The notes beneath the pieces are model-generated. The model saw nothing but the letters and a program-made list of their open reading frames with translations. It was not told where the DNA came from and did no database searches. Below, one piece after another: positions 47,518 through 58,408 of a stretch of 64,000 bases of DNA. Source of the stretch: Oscillatoriales cyanobacterium. Its GTDB lineage: Bacteria > Cyanobacteriota > Cyanobacteriia > Cyanobacteriales > Laspinemataceae. The first letter of the stretch is position 1; each line of letters starts with the position of its first letter. The position numbers and the translations under genes were made by a program. The DNA is taken from assembly GCA_011390955.1 (NCBI GenBank), contig JAABRM010000001.1, positions 110,694-174,693 of the forward strand. The letters run 5' to 3'.

Positions 47518-49833
47518 TTAATCCTTACTTGCCTCTTGCAAAGCTTTACGGGCTTCTTCGGTTTTTTGGCGATCGAGCTTAAACATCACCACGCCCAAAG
47601 GAGGCAAGCACAGATCCAATGAATAGCGACGATTGTGCATCCACCATTCATCAGCCCATTTACCGCCGAGGTTGCCCATGTTGCTGCCGCCGAATTCTTT
47701 AGCATCGCTGTTAAAGATTTCGGTATAGAACCCATGTTCCGGTACGCCAACCCGGTAATGGCTGTGGGGTTGGGGCGTAAAATTACAAACCGCCACGATA
47801 AATTGATCGGAGTCTTTGGCGCGACGAATAAAAGAAACCACGCTATGACGGTTATCGCTACAGTCAATCCACTCAAAGCCTTCCTCGGCAAAATCCAGAG
47901 TATAGAGGGCGGGTTCGTTGCGATAAAGCTCGTTTAATTTAGAAAAGAACAGCTTGGTTTGTTGATGGGGTTCATGTTGGAGGAGTTGCCATTCCAAGTC
48001 ACCCCAAACATTCCACTCACTCCACTGGCCAAATTCCATGCCCATAAACATGGTTTTCTTCCCTGGGTGGGCATACATATAGGCAAACAAACAGCGCAGG
48101 TTGGCGAATTTTTGCCAGCGATCGCCCGGCATCTTGCCAATCATATTGCTCTTACCGTGAACCACCTCATCGTGAGACAAGGCCAGCATGAAATTCTCGC
48201 TGTGGTTATACCACATACTGAAAGTCACGTTATTTTGGTGGAATTGGCGGAACCAAGGATCCATGCTGAAGTAGTCCAGCATATCGTGCATCCAGCCCAT
48301 ATTCCACTTCAAGTTAAAGCCCAAACCGCCCACATAAGTTGGCCAGGAAACCATCGGCCAAGAGGTGGACTCTTCCGCGATCGACAGCGTTCCAGGGAAA
48401 TAACTGAAAATCAGGTGGTTAACTTGCCGCAGGAAATCAGCCGCTTCAATATTTTCCCGTCCGCCATATTGGTTGGCAACCCATTCCCCTTCTTTGCGGC
48501 AATAGTCGAGATAAAGCATCGAGGCTACTGCATCGACGCGAATGCCGTCGATGTGGTATTTGTCAAGCCAAAACAGCGCATTGGCATAGAGGAAGTTACG
48601 CACTTCGTTGCGGTTGTAGTTGAATACCAAGGTGCCCCATTCTTTATGTTCGCCTTTGCGGGGGTCGGCGTGTTCGTACAGGTGAGTGCCATCAAAGAAG
48701 GCTAAACCATGACCATCTTTGGGGAAGTGACCGGGCACCCAGTCTACCAGCACCCCAATGCCGTTTTGGTGGCACCGATCCACGAAGTACATGAAGTCTT
48801 CGGGACTGCCGTAGCGAGAAGTGGGTGCGAAATAGCCCGTAACTTGATAGCCCCAGGAGCCATCAAAGGGGTGTTCGGCAATGGGGAGGAGTTCGATGTG
48901 AGTGTAGCCGATTTCTTGGACGTAGGGAATTAGGCGATCGGCGAGTTCGCGATAGGTGAGAAAACGAGCGGTGGTTTTCAGTTCCGACACAACCACCACG
49001 GGTTCTTCTGTGCCGTCGGGTTTAACTGCTGGTTCAGCGGAAGCCGCGTGTAGCCAAGAACCTAAATGGCATTCATAGACGGAAACGGGCTGAGTCAACG
49101 CATCGGTGTGACGCCGTTTCTCCATCCAGTCATTATCTTTCCAGGTATAGGTTTCTAGGTCAGTCACGATCGAGGCGGTTTTGGGGCGGGGTTCTTGTTG
49201 GAAACCGTATGGATCGGATTTCTCGTAAATATGACCTTCATTATTCTTAATTTCATATTTGTAGGCTTCCCCAGCCCCAATCTGAGGAATGAACAATTCC
49301 CAAATCCCGTTGCCGATTTTCCGCATTTGGTGTTTGCGACCGTCCCAGGAATTAAAATCTCCCAAAATTGATACGTTGCGAGCATTGGGAGCCCAAACGG
49401 CGAAATATACCCCTTTGACTCCTTCAACCACCATTGGATGAGCGCCTAGTTTTTCGTAGATCCGGTGATGGTTGCCTTCGGCAAATAAATGGATGTCAAA
49501 GTCAGTGAGTTTGGAAGACCGGAACGCATAAGGATCGTGGATGACCCGTTCGCGATCGCCTTCTTTGACCCGTAGCTGATAGTTGGAAAGTTCGGTTGTT
49601 TCTATGGTGCATTCAAAGAAATGAGCATTATGCACCGATTGCATGGGATAGTCTTTTCTGATTTCTGGGAGTACGACCCAGACTGCTTCGGCGTTGGGTA
49701 GATAAGCTCGCACCACCCAGCTTGTTACTTTGCCATTTTCAGAAATCGGATGAGGCCCAAGGATTTGAAACGGATCTTGATGCTGGTTCCATACAATACT
49801 GTTAACTTGTTCGGGAGTAATGGTTATGGACAT
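47518..49833 (-). CDS. glgB: 1,4-alpha-glucan branching enzyme
   Basis: [29 protein letters not shown]...; GH13 catalytic regions [32 protein letters not shown]. Confidence 0.95.
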   Translation of the reverse strand: MSITITPEQVNSIVWNQHQDPFQILGPHPISENGKVTSWVVRAYLPNAEAVWVVLPEIRKDYPMQSVHNAHFFECTIETTELSNYQLRVKEGDRERVIHDPYAFRSSKLTDFDIHLFAEGNHHRIYEKLGAHPMVVEGVKGVYFAVWAPNARNVSILGDFNSWDGRKHQMRKIGNGIWELFIPQIGAGEAYKYEIKNNEGHIYEKSDPYGFQQEPRPKTASIVTDLETYTWKDNDWMEKRRHTDALTQPVSVYECHLGSWLHAASAEPAVKPDGTEEPVVVVSELKTTARFLTYRELADRLIPYVQEIGYTHIELLPIAEHPFDGSWGYQVTGYFAPTSRYGSPEDFMYFVDRCHQNGIGVLVDWVPGHFPKDGHGLAFFDGTHLYEHADPRKGEHKEWGTLVFNYNRNEVRNFLYANALFWLDKYHIDGIRVDAVASMLYLDYCRKEGEWVANQYGGRENIEAADFLRQVNHLIFSYFPGTLSIAEESTSWPMVSWPTYVGGLGFNLKWNMGWMHDMLDYFSMDPWFRQFHQNNVTFSMWYNHSENFMLALSHDEVVHGKSNMIGKMPGDRWQKFANLRCLFAYMYAHPGKKTMFMGMEFGQWSEWNVWGDLEWQLLQHEPHQQTKLFFSKLNELYRNEPALYTLDFAEEGFEWIDCSDNRHSVVSFIRRAKDSDQFIVAVCNFTPQPHSHYRVGVPEHGFYTEIFNSDAKEFGGSNMGNLGGKWADEWWMHNRRYSLDLCLPPLGVVMFKLDRQKTEEARKALQEASKD

Positions 49834-50204
49834 GAACCTACCTAATTTTTGAGTTTACTAATGTGAGTTTTATAAGTCGCCTCCTGACCCGTTTGCCTTT
49901 AATCTATAAGGGTTTTAGCACTTATTTTTTTCTCACTTACCGCCACAAATCTAGAAGAATTTGCACCTTTATGTGAGATTTTTGTTGCCAAACCACAGAC
50001 AAGCTCTCATGGTGAGACGTTTGCTGGTTGAGCATCAGGCACAGGAGGAAACCTAAACCTATACAGGTAAGGGCTTTGCCCCTGAGAAACGGCATTAACC
50101 GTTGCTGGGTGATGATATTGATACTCTCAAAATACACTAAAAATATTAAATAATGTGAAGAAAAATGGCTACAGTCGATCCTTTGTAGGTGGCAAGCCGA
50201 TGGC

Positions 50205-50412
50205 TAGGGGTCGGGCGGGGGAGCAGAGGAGCCGCCATCGAGCAGAGGAGCAGGGGAGCAGAGGAGCAGAGGAGCAGAGGAGCAGGGGAGCAGAGGAGCA
50301 GAGGAGCAGGGGAGCAGGGGAGCAGAGGAGCAGAGGAGAACAACCAACAACCAACAACCAACAACCAACAACCAACAACCAACAACCAACAACCAACAAC
50401 CAACAACCAACA
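50205..50412. repeat. Octamer tandem repeat (GAGCAGAG/GAGCAGGG)n directly abutting a (CAACCAA)n heptamer tract
   Basis: ggagcagaggagcaggggagcagaggagcagaggagcagagg... then caaccaacaaccaacaacc x10. Source of several overlapping spurious ORFs on both strands. Confidence 0.85.
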
Positions 50413-50807
50413 ACACTAAAAAGGAAACATCTGCCGCAGTAGGTCGCGGATGGGATATTTATTGATAATGTGGCTGGTGGCAGAGAATGCTGGTGTTTCC
50501 GTGGGCAGGTTGGGATTATTAGTCCAGAGTTCCGGTTGTTGTAGCTGGAGTTGAGCGTATTCCGCAGGGGTGATGGGTTGACCGTCAATGGGCGATCGCG
50601 CTTCGGTGATGATCTCCGTGCGTAAAATTTCTTCCGGTAGGTCTTCTGGGGGTGGTAAGGCGCTGACGGGGGTGGGGAGGAGGAGGAGGCAGAGGAGCAG
50701 GGGGGCGGAGGTGCAGGGGAGCGGGGGAGCAGGAGCCGTAGGGACACGGCAATGCCGTGTCCCAGGCGCTATGACACGAGATAATATGGGACGATTAATC
50801 ATCTTGA

Positions 50808-51473
50808 TTACAAACCAGGGGGTAAGGGTTCATGGCAAGTTTGATGAATTTCGGCAATGCGTTCAAATAGCCAGGGATATTTTTGCCGATATTCGGGAAT
50901 GAGGGCAAGGGGACTGAGCAGGGCTGCGGCAGCAATGTCGGCTACGGAGAGGCGATCGCCCACTAGGTAGGGACGGGTTTGCCAGCGTTCTTGTAGTACC
51001 GTAAAGGCGGTTTTCAGGCGATCGCTGGCAAGGGCGACCGCTGCGGGGGTAATGCCATATTGTTGCCGGACGATGGTAATCACCAGTTGGCTGGAAAAGG
51101 AAGGGTCGATCGCCTTGCCTTCTCCCGCGCGATAGTCATAGTAAACAAACCGGGTAGCGGTGCCAATACTTTCATCGAGCCAATCTTCTAACATCCAAGC
51201 TTCGCTGTCTAGGGTGCTGCCTAGAGATAATGGCGGTTCTGGACAGTAAGCTTCGAGAAATTTCAAAATTTGGGTCGAGTCCCCAATGGCTTTGGGTTGC
51301 CCGTCAACCTCTGGCAAGAGTACCGGGGTAGTGGTTAAACCTGTCAGAGGTTTAATTTTCAGGGCGTGTAATCCGGGGGTTAAATTGTTAACGGTATAAG
51401 GTATTTTTTTGTAACCGAGTGCGAGTCGGGCTTTCCGACAGTAATGAGAGGTACTAAATTGCAATAGCAGCAT
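50808..51473 (-). CDS. Glutathione S-transferase family protein
   Basis: MLLLQFSTSHYCRKARLALGYKKIPYTVNNL (GST N-terminal thioredoxin-like fold) plus a C-terminal helical domain. The track ORF starts 11 codons upstream on a non-conserved Met. Confidence 0.75.
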   Translation of the reverse strand: MLLLQFSTSHYCRKARLALGYKKIPYTVNNLTPGLHALKIKPLTGLTTTPVLLPEVDGQPKAIGDSTQILKFLEAYCPEPPLSLGSTLDSEAWMLEDWLDESIGTATRFVYYDYRAGEGKAIDPSFSSQLVITIVRQQYGITPAAVALASDRLKTAFTVLQERWQTRPYLVGDRLSVADIAAAALLSPLALIPEYRQKYPWLFERIAEIHQTCHEPLPPGL

Positions 51474-51529
51474 TGATAGATTCCTGGGGATGGGCGATCG
51501 ATTCACTCCTATATATTACGGTGAAAATA

Positions 51530-53809
51530 TTACGGTGAAAATGGATTACCCGGATGCCCAACTCTAAATAGTACGGTAAAAATATTATCCTCGACCAACA
51601 GACTACGCCCAAAAGGGTCGTTACCATAGTCATATTCCTGTTTTTGCCAGTTGAAAGATAGAGTGGGACTGTTCGGTTTATTTTCCAGTTGCCACACTAA
51701 ACTAGCACCGTAGGGAGAACGACTTGATGTTTCGTCAATCGGTGCTACATAACCAGAAAATGTCAGGTTATTTAGAGGCCGAAAAGCGAGATTTATGAGC
51801 AGGCGATCTTCGTAGGAATTAGGCAGGATATCACCAAAATAGTTGCTTACACCCAGGGAGGCAATTCCCCAGTTTAATCCAGCACTTATGGCTACTTCAC
51901 TGGCCGGAGAAATACTGACTACATCACCAATTTTGGTTTCGCGATCGAGTGCATAGTTAAATCCCGTGCCTAGGGTTAAATTGGCATTGTCACCAAGGCG
52001 AATTGCTTTGGCGGCATTGCCCCAAATTTGGCTGTAGTAATCGCGATCGGGGTTGATGTAACCAATCGCTCCAGCCCCAAAATTCCACCCGTTGACTGTA
52101 TTTTTTATGTAATCAGTCCCTAGGTAAACTTTTAATTCATCAGAGGCAATCACTCCGGTATAATAGCGCAGAAGGTCTTGACTTCCTGTCCAGTTTCCGG
52201 TAAAACTTAGGTGAGGATAATAATCGCTTTTTTCTTGGTAAGTATCTTGGCGAATTCTATTCACATCTTGCTGTAAGAAGCTTAAGTAAATTTGAGCATA
52301 GAAATCTTCCAAGTTTTCCGTAGAATACAAGTCTTGGTTAACCGCAGACATTAACTGGACGTTGCTACCGCTGCCCCCTTCTCCCCCAGAACCAGTGATG
52401 GTCACTTGTGGCCCAGTGGCTTGGTAAAATATGCGGCCATCTTTAAAGGAGCGATCGATTACCGGCGAAAAACCGAACCAAATGCTATTATAATTCGCCC
52501 TAGGAACTTGATTTAAACTGGTGATATCCGGGGTTAAACTGTCGGCACGTCCCAAGCCCGCAGAATAAATCGTAAAACTACTGCTAGGCAACCGAATATT
52601 ATTAGCCGATAAAAATAAGTTGCGGTTGATATTTGTATTCACGGGATTTTCGCTTCCGGCTAAATTCGGCATCACATCCGGTAACAATTGCGCCGCCGTT
52701 TGTAAGGTGAGATTTAACCCGCGATTTTCATCATTTCCAAACACAGTAAAGCCGCGAATTGTTCGCCCGATCGCTGCTTCCGTATCGTTGGCTTTTACTA
52801 CTTGACGCACTCCAGAGAATGTAGCCGCAACGGTATAGTCATTTTCTTCTTCTCGCGCAATTTTAGTGGTTTGAGATTGGCTATTTCCCGGATAAGAACC
52901 GGAATTGGGAAAATACAAATCCAGACCAATGGGTTGTTCGGGGGTTCCCCCTTGGAAACCAGGGGCCTCCATAGCCGCCAAAGTTTCCGATCGCACAACT
53001 TCCCCCACCGGAGAGGTTTGAGTGACGCGGGTCGGGACGAAATATTCTGGATCGATACTGTTGCGATCGGTGACTAAACCGGGCATATATGTACATTGTC
53101 GATCCCTGGGAGTATCCGGTAACACACAAGCCCCAGTTAAAGTCATTTGCATTTCTAACCCGGTCATGGTTTGGGGTTCCGTGGTAGTGGTTGTCACCGT
53201 TCTATTTCGGGGTACAGTCCGCAGTTGAAGATAAGTGCCTTTTTGATCCACGGTGTAAATATTATCTTGAGTTAAACTTTCAACCACTTCATCATCTAGT
53301 TTGAGAATGCCATTGACAAACACATCGCTGTTGGTCGTATCCGCAAAAGTTTGAAAGGCACTAAATTGCCATTCCGTTAAATGGCTGATAGGAGTTTCGT
53401 TGAGAAATACCGTCGTGGTAAATGGGTGAATTTTTTCGTCTGGAGCCACTTGAGGAGTAATAATAGAATTTGGGTCAGAAGATGGGGCAAAAATTGGCGC
53501 AGTTTCCATTAATTCCGGTGCGGATATGGAATTATCCGGCGATATTTCTAAGTCTGAAGCCGAATTAGATTCGCTGGTTGTTTCTGAACTTGTTTCTGAT
53601 AAAGGAGTAACTTCTGCTGGCTCAGAAATCTGTTCTGTCCCAGAGTCTATTCCCTCGGAATCTTCTGAGATATCCGCAGAATTTTGGGCAACGGCTGAGG
53701 TGGAAATCGCCATACTCAGCAGGGTGAAACAGGCCACCAAGCTATGACGATATGCTGTTGAAAATGCTGTTGAGATAATCCGAGTCATTTTAGGGCGATT
53801 TTGGAACAT
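51530..53809 (-). CDS. Large secreted protein, probable outer-membrane beta-barrel (DUF3769/LptD-like?), with acidic Ser/Glu-rich N-terminal region
   Basis: Signal peptide (LVACFTLLSMAISTSAVAQ), then a low-complexity SE-rich segment, then ~550 aa of alternating hydrophobic beta-strand-like pattern rich in Gly/Asn/Tyr/Trp. Confidence 0.45.
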   Translation of the reverse strand: MFQNRPKMTRIISTAFSTAYRHSLVACFTLLSMAISTSAVAQNSADISEDSEGIDSGTEQISEPAEVTPLSETSSETTSESNSASDLEISPDNSISAPELMETAPIFAPSSDPNSIITPQVAPDEKIHPFTTTVFLNETPISHLTEWQFSAFQTFADTTNSDVFVNGILKLDDEVVESLTQDNIYTVDQKGTYLQLRTVPRNRTVTTTTTEPQTMTGLEMQMTLTGACVLPDTPRDRQCTYMPGLVTDRNSIDPEYFVPTRVTQTSPVGEVVRSETLAAMEAPGFQGGTPEQPIGLDLYFPNSGSYPGNSQSQTTKIAREEENDYTVAATFSGVRQVVKANDTEAAIGRTIRGFTVFGNDENRGLNLTLQTAAQLLPDVMPNLAGSENPVNTNINRNLFLSANNIRLPSSSFTIYSAGLGRADSLTPDITSLNQVPRANYNSIWFGFSPVIDRSFKDGRIFYQATGPQVTITGSGGEGGSGSNVQLMSAVNQDLYSTENLEDFYAQIYLSFLQQDVNRIRQDTYQEKSDYYPHLSFTGNWTGSQDLLRYYTGVIASDELKVYLGTDYIKNTVNGWNFGAGAIGYINPDRDYYSQIWGNAAKAIRLGDNANLTLGTGFNYALDRETKIGDVVSISPASEVAISAGLNWGIASLGVSNYFGDILPNSYEDRLLINLAFRPLNNLTFSGYVAPIDETSSRSPYGASLVWQLENKPNSPTLSFNWQKQEYDYGNDPFGRSLLVEDNIFTVLFRVGHPGNPFSP

Positions 53810-54235
53810 TTTAGGGATTAGTTTCAGACTGTTTTCAGGGATTTATTCAGGACGTCAGCATAAACGCTATTGGTAGGGTAGTCTTCCGATCCTTAACGCA
53901 CCAATACCCCAGATATAAAGTCGCTGCGTAAGTCCTATTATTTATAAATTAATTCATTAATTACTCTTAAAGATCGGGAGAAAATAGTCACGATTATTGA
54001 ATTAAATAATCTGGCTTTTAATTAACAATATTAATGGCGCAATACTTGCGCCGCCTTGCGCCCGCTTGCGCCAAAATTAACCTATTAGCTGTAGCAATAC
54101 TTTAAAAGATTAGGAGTAACCAAAAAATCAGATTATTTCTGTTTATTGGGATTAAAAAGGGGCGCTAATATTAATTAACGCCCCGACTAATTTAAGAATT
54201 CAGACAATCACAGGAGTGATTAGCCCTCACCACCA

Positions 54236-54751
54236 TTATTTACGATCAGTAGGATCAGTAGAGCCAGGACCAGTATAGTCAGGATCAGTAGAGCCAGGAC
54301 CAGTAGAGCCAGGACCAGTAGAGCCAGAAGCAGCAGGAACTTGATTCACGACATTGCCACTGCTAGTGCCGAGTTGAATGCTGTACCCATTGCTGATGGT
54401 GTTCGCTTGTGCCGTGCCAAGGGCGGCGTCTGCGGTGCCTGTCACTTTAAAAGTGGCGCTGCCAATGCCTTCTGAGGTCGTTGCACCCGCAGAACCGATC
54501 GCAAAGGCCGCGTTTTGTAACCCAGAGGTTCCGCTACTAAGGATATAGTTAAAAGCGTGTGCGATCGCAGAGTCTTTACCGACAGCAGCCGAGACCGCCA
54601 CACCTGTAACCTTATCGGCGCTAACAGTGAAAGCCGCAGAACCGGCAATTCCACCTTCACCCGCACGGGCGACATTAGCAAATCCCAAGGCATTCATAAT
54701 AACGAGACCGCTAACGACAGCAAAACGACGGTTCATAATTTTCTGGATCAT
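54236..54751 (-). CDS. Small secreted Gly/Ala/Ser-rich protein with C-terminal GSTGPGSTDP repeats
   Basis: Signal peptide (FAVVSGLVIMNALGFANVARA); C-terminus GSTGPGSTGPGSTDPDYTGPGSTDPTDRK. Confidence 0.5.
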   Translation of the reverse strand: MIQKIMNRRFAVVSGLVIMNALGFANVARAGEGGIAGSAAFTVSADKVTGVAVSAAVGKDSAIAHAFNYILSSGTSGLQNAAFAIGSAGATTSEGIGSATFKVTGTADAALGTAQANTISNGYSIQLGTSSGNVVNQVPAASGSTGPGSTGPGSTDPDYTGPGSTDPTDRK

Positions 54752-54769
54752 GATTGGGTTAATCTCCTG

Positions 54770-55262
54770 GTGTTTTTTGTGTTCTATTAATAAGACGTTT
54801 GAGGAAGCAATGTGTGAATTTTTTAGGTGAAAAAATTCAGTTTTTTAGAGCAGATTTGCTAATCCTCATTTGATTTTGTTGTGCTCTATTAATAAGACGC
54901 TTTAAGGCGCGGACTGTGAATTTTTTAGGTGAAAAAATTCAGATTTGTTTCTAGAGCCGGTTGCATCACCCTTGATTAACTTGTGCTCTATTAATAAGAC
55001 GCTTTAAGGCGCGGGTTGTGAATTTTTTAGAAAAATGTAGGGTGGGCAAGGATTTGCCCACCCTACGACTAATTAGCGATTTTCAAACTAATAAACCACA
55101 AATTTTCAGCCATAAACCCTACTACAGATGCTTTGTGGTCTATTCATTAGAAAACCGCTGCGATCGCACTGTAGGGTAGGCAAGGATTTGCTCACCCTAC
55201 TATTAATAAGACGCCGGAAACAGCGAGTTGTGAATTTTTTCGGCCAAAAAATTCCGAATTTT
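54770..55262. repeat. Four tandem copies of a ~65-75-bp unit (TGCTCTATTAATAAGACGCTTTAAGGCGCGG..TGTGAATTTTTTAGGTGAAAAAATTCAG) interspersed with GTAGGGTGGGCAAGGATTTGCCCACCCTAC hairpins
   Basis: Units begin near 54785, 54881, 54971 and 55198. Each contains the AT hairpin gaattttttaggtgaaaaaattc. Located between the sigma-factor 3' end and the start of the 54236-54751 gene. Confidence 0.8.
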
Positions 55263-55266
55263 CTAG

Positions 55267-56070
55267 CTACGCAGGAATGACAGTAGAGACAGGGCTTTGC
55301 CGTTGCTTGGATTTCCTGGTTTTCTCGGTTTCAGGGGCGACTCCTCCCCCGCGAGGGGGCAAGCTTCGGGATCCGTTGCGCGGCATCGCTTCTAAACCGA
55401 GTGTTTTGGGGGTGAGGACAGAGACTCGCGTCTTTGTCTGTCCAGGTCGATGGTTTGACTTCAGGTCTGTTTGCGGTGGAGGAGAAATACTGAGTTTTCC
55501 TGCCTCATATTCATGCCATTGTTGCTGCAAAATTCGCCGCGCTTGGGACATCCGCTTGCGAGCATTGTCATAAGAAATGCCCAGTTGTTCGGCAATTTCT
55601 TTGAGCGAATATTTTTTCTGGAGATAAAGGTGAAATGTTTCCCGCATTTTCGGCGGTAAGGTATCTATGGCATTGCCAAAAAATAACTCAAGATTTCGCA
55701 AACGTTCCGGGTCAGATATTTCTTCCTGAATAACCAAATCATTCTTTTCGGAGGCGATCGCCTCTACATCCATTATTTCCACTGGATTTCTGCGGCGTTT
55801 TCGCTGGAGATCCATGCAGAGGTTATAGGTCAGTCTAGTCAACCAGGCTTTAAAATTGGAAATCGGTCGATCGGTTGTTCTCAGTTTCTCTATGGCTTTT
55901 ACCATTGCCTCGCTGAGAGCATCTTCCGCATCAGCGGGATTACCTCCCATCCAATCCAGGCAGCAACCATAAAGATAGTTTTTATGCTCGATCCACTGCT
56001 GCCAAAAGATGACATTAATATCGGTAGTATTGGTATTTACGTCTCTGGTTATGTTCTGCCTAGCCATCAT
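55267..56070 (-). CDS. ECF-type RNA polymerase sigma-70 factor with low-complexity C-terminal extension
   Basis: Sigma-2: AMVKAIEKLRTTDRPISNFKAWLTRLTYNLCMDLQRKRRR; sigma-4 HTH: LPPKMRETFHLYLQKKYSLKEIAEQLGISYDNARKRMSQARRILQQ. Confidence 0.85.
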   Translation of the reverse strand: MMARQNITRDVNTNTTDINVIFWQQWIEHKNYLYGCCLDWMGGNPADAEDALSEAMVKAIEKLRTTDRPISNFKAWLTRLTYNLCMDLQRKRRRNPVEIMDVEAIASEKNDLVIQEEISDPERLRNLELFFGNAIDTLPPKMRETFHLYLQKKYSLKEIAEQLGISYDNARKRMSQARRILQQQWHEYEAGKLSISPPPQTDLKSNHRPGQTKTRVSVLTPKTLGLEAMPRNGSRSLPPRGGGVAPETEKTRKSKQRQSPVSTVIPA

Positions 56071-56833
56071 GTTTTAGCCTTAAATATTCTACAAAGATTC
56101 TACAAATTCATGGAGTGAGATGTAGATGCACGTTCAATTACTGGGGGTGACATTTCCCCAGGTTTATAGAGAACAAAAGGATTGACTAGGTAGATGCTTT
56201 AACTTGCGACCGCTTGAGCCAAGTCGAGGGAAAAATTTATCACGATTTCGCCAATTTTTCCGGCTGAATGAACAACATCAAATTCAGCCATTTGTTTTTT
56301 TGTTTGCCCTTTCTACTAGCTTATTCTATGGTTAGGGCAACTGTGTATCCGATTCGCGCAACTTTTTCGCCTGAGACGAGATTTTTTTTGCTTTTCTCGG
56401 AAATAAATCGGTTTGGAGCCTCTGAAAGCCAGAAACCGGGTTTCTTCTATCCCAGAAACCCGGTTTCTTGTTGGGGTAATTTACTACTCCAAATTACCTT
56501 CCCGCTAATATCAAAACTGAAACTTTAGCCAACAATGGCGAAAAAATGGCCTTTATACCGGCAATCTAATACTATTTACATACTATTTACAAAACTTCAT
56601 CTAACAGCCCCGAACATTTTTCGGTTGGGCAAAAAATGCCTAGAAGAGAGAAGAGAGAAGAGAGAAGAGAGAAAAGTTAGTTAAATGAAATATCACTATT
56701 CACTATTCACTCTTTCCTCTTTCCTATGCATCCTCTTTCCTCCCACAAGTGTGGAATGCAAGCCCACCCTACAATATAAATACTTATTGTTGCATACTTT
56801 TTTGTAAATGGTGTTGCTACATCAGGAGGTTTT

Positions 56834-58408
56834 CTAACACTTTAAATGCCTGCAAACTGTTAACACTGCCGGGATAAAACCAGTCAGTTGGTTGTGGTCT
56901 AAGTAGAGCCGTGATAATTTGGTCAGATTACCTAACTCTGCGGGGATAGAACCAGTCAGTTGATTGTTGTTCAGATAGAGACTCGACAATTTGGTCAGAT
57001 TACCTAACTCTGCGGGGATAGAACCAGTCAGTTGATTGTGGTACAGATACAGGTATGACAAGTTAGTCAGATGGCCTAATTCTGTGGGAATAGAACCAGT
57101 CAGTTGGTTATAGTTCAGGGAGAGGTATGACAAGTTAGTCAGATGGCCTAATTCTGTGGGAATAGAACCAGTCAGTTGGTTGTGGTTCAGGCCGAGACTC
57201 GATAATTTGGTCAGATGGCCTAATTCTGTGGGAATAGAACCAGTCAGTTGATTGTGGTTCAGGGAGAGGTATGACAAGTTAGTCAGATGGCCTAATTCTG
57301 TGGGAATAGAACCAGTCAGTTGATTGTGGTTCAGGGAGAGGTATGACAAGTTAGTCAGATGGCCTAATTCTGTGGGAATAGAACCAGTCAGTTGGTTATA
57401 GTTCAGGGAGAGGTATGACAAGTTAGTCAGATGGCCTAATTCTGTGGGAATAGAACCAGTCAGTTGATTGTGGTTCAGAGAGAGGTTCGTTACCCGATCG
57501 CCCTCTATCGTCACCCCATACCAGCCACTAACAGCAGAAGCATCAGGCAGTTCTTCGCTGTTAAAGTCCCAATCTTTCCAGCCTTTGTTATTATTCCAAC
57601 TCGGCCCATTTGTACTTTGATAAAGAGCCTTGAGAGCGGCATAATCATTCCCATTAAGAGGAATTAATGCTCCCTCACCCAATCCTCTGCCATAAGTTTT
57701 CACCTTTCCCTCCGACAAAACCGACAAGGAGGTCTCGATCTCCACAGTTTTCAGCGTTAACTCCCAGTCTTTCTCCCAAGTTGCCGCCCCCCCGAAAGAC
57801 TTAGAAGTGGCAATCTCAGGGTTTACTGTGGCTTGACTGCTGCAATTTACCGATAAACTCTTCTCTCCCATCATCGGCAGCCGCGTTACAATCGTGGAGC
57901 AAGAGTTTGTCGAGTTTCCACCGTTGCAGTAGGGGGCGTAACGATTGAGCGTTTTATTACTTAGTTGAGTGTTTCTCTGTAGATAAAGTTGGAAAGTTTC
58001 GCGCATTCTCGGTGGTAAGTTATCTATGGCATCGGCAAGAAATAACTCAAGTTCTCGCAAATTTTCCGGGTCAGGTGTTTCCTTCTGCGTAACCCCATCA
58101 TTTTTTGCGGAGGCGATCGCTTCTAAGTCCATAGATTGCACTGGATTTCTGCGGCGTTGGCGCCGGATATCCATGCAGAGGTTATAGGTCAGTCTAGTCA
58201 ACCATGCTTTAAAATTTGAAATCGGTCGATCGGTTGTTCTCAGTTTCTCTATGGCTTTTACCATTGCTTCGCTGAGAACATACTCCGCATCAGTGGGATT
58301 ACCTCCCATCCAATTCAGGCAACAACCATAAAGATAATTTCTATGCTTTGGCCATTGCTGCCAAAAAATTACATTGATATCGAGAATTCTGTTCTGCCTA
58401 GCCATCAT
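56834..58408 (-). CDS. Chimeric ORF: ECF sigma-2 region (paralog of 55267..56070) with sigma-4 replaced by an LRRNT-capped plant-type leucine-rich-repeat domain
   Basis: First ~170 aa are near-identical to the neighbouring sigma factor up to ...LPPRMRETFQLYLQ, then diverge. This is followed by ALKALYQSTNGPSWNNNKGWKDW...WYGVTIEG (LRR N-terminal cap) and ≥9 perfect 24-aa repeats LSLNHNQLTGSIPTELGHLTNLSY. Confidence 0.65.
   Translation of the reverse strand: MMARQNRILDINVIFWQQWPKHRNYLYGCCLNWMGGNPTDAEYVLSEAMVKAIEKLRTTDRPISNFKAWLTRLTYNLCMDIRRQRRRNPVQSMDLEAIASAKNDGVTQKETPDPENLRELELFLADAIDNLPPRMRETFQLYLQRNTQLSNKTLNRYAPYCNGGNSTNSCSTIVTRLPMMGEKSLSVNCSSQATVNPEIATSKSFGGAATWEKDWELTLKTVEIETSLSVLSEGKVKTYGRGLGEGALIPLNGNDYAALKALYQSTNGPSWNNNKGWKDWDFNSEELPDASAVSGWYGVTIEGDRVTNLSLNHNQLTGSIPTELGHLTNLSYLSLNYNQLTGSIPTELGHLTNLSYLSLNHNQLTGSIPTELGHLTNLSYLSLNHNQLTGSIPTELGHLTKLSSLGLNHNQLTGSIPTELGHLTNLSYLSLNYNQLTGSIPTELGHLTNLSYLYLYHNQLTGSIPAELGNLTKLSSLYLNNNQLTGSIPAELGNLTKLSRLYLDHNQLTGFIPAVLTVCRHLKC

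Noticed and set aside
51530-53809. Candidate TpsB (FhaC/ShlB) transporter for the TPS exoprotein
   Set aside because: Although secreted and beta-rich, it lacks recognisable POTRA-type N-terminal organisation and the C-terminal aromatic barrel terminus. It is too distant and on an unrelated locus, so it was left as a generic outer-membrane protein.
54770-55262. Possible CRISPR array
   Set aside because: Repeat units are ~65-75 bp, degenerate, with irregular 28-165-bp spacers that themselves contain palindromic repeats. No cas genes nearby. Interpreted as tandem intergenic repeats.
56268-56528. 86-aa ORF and its duplicate at 58555..58860 (FCLPFLLAYSMVRATVYPIRATF)
   Set aside because: Identity between the two is explained by the segmental duplication of the sigma-factor upstream region rather than purifying selection. 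They lie antisense in a promoter region, so they are not called as genes, though a real small protein cannot be excluded.
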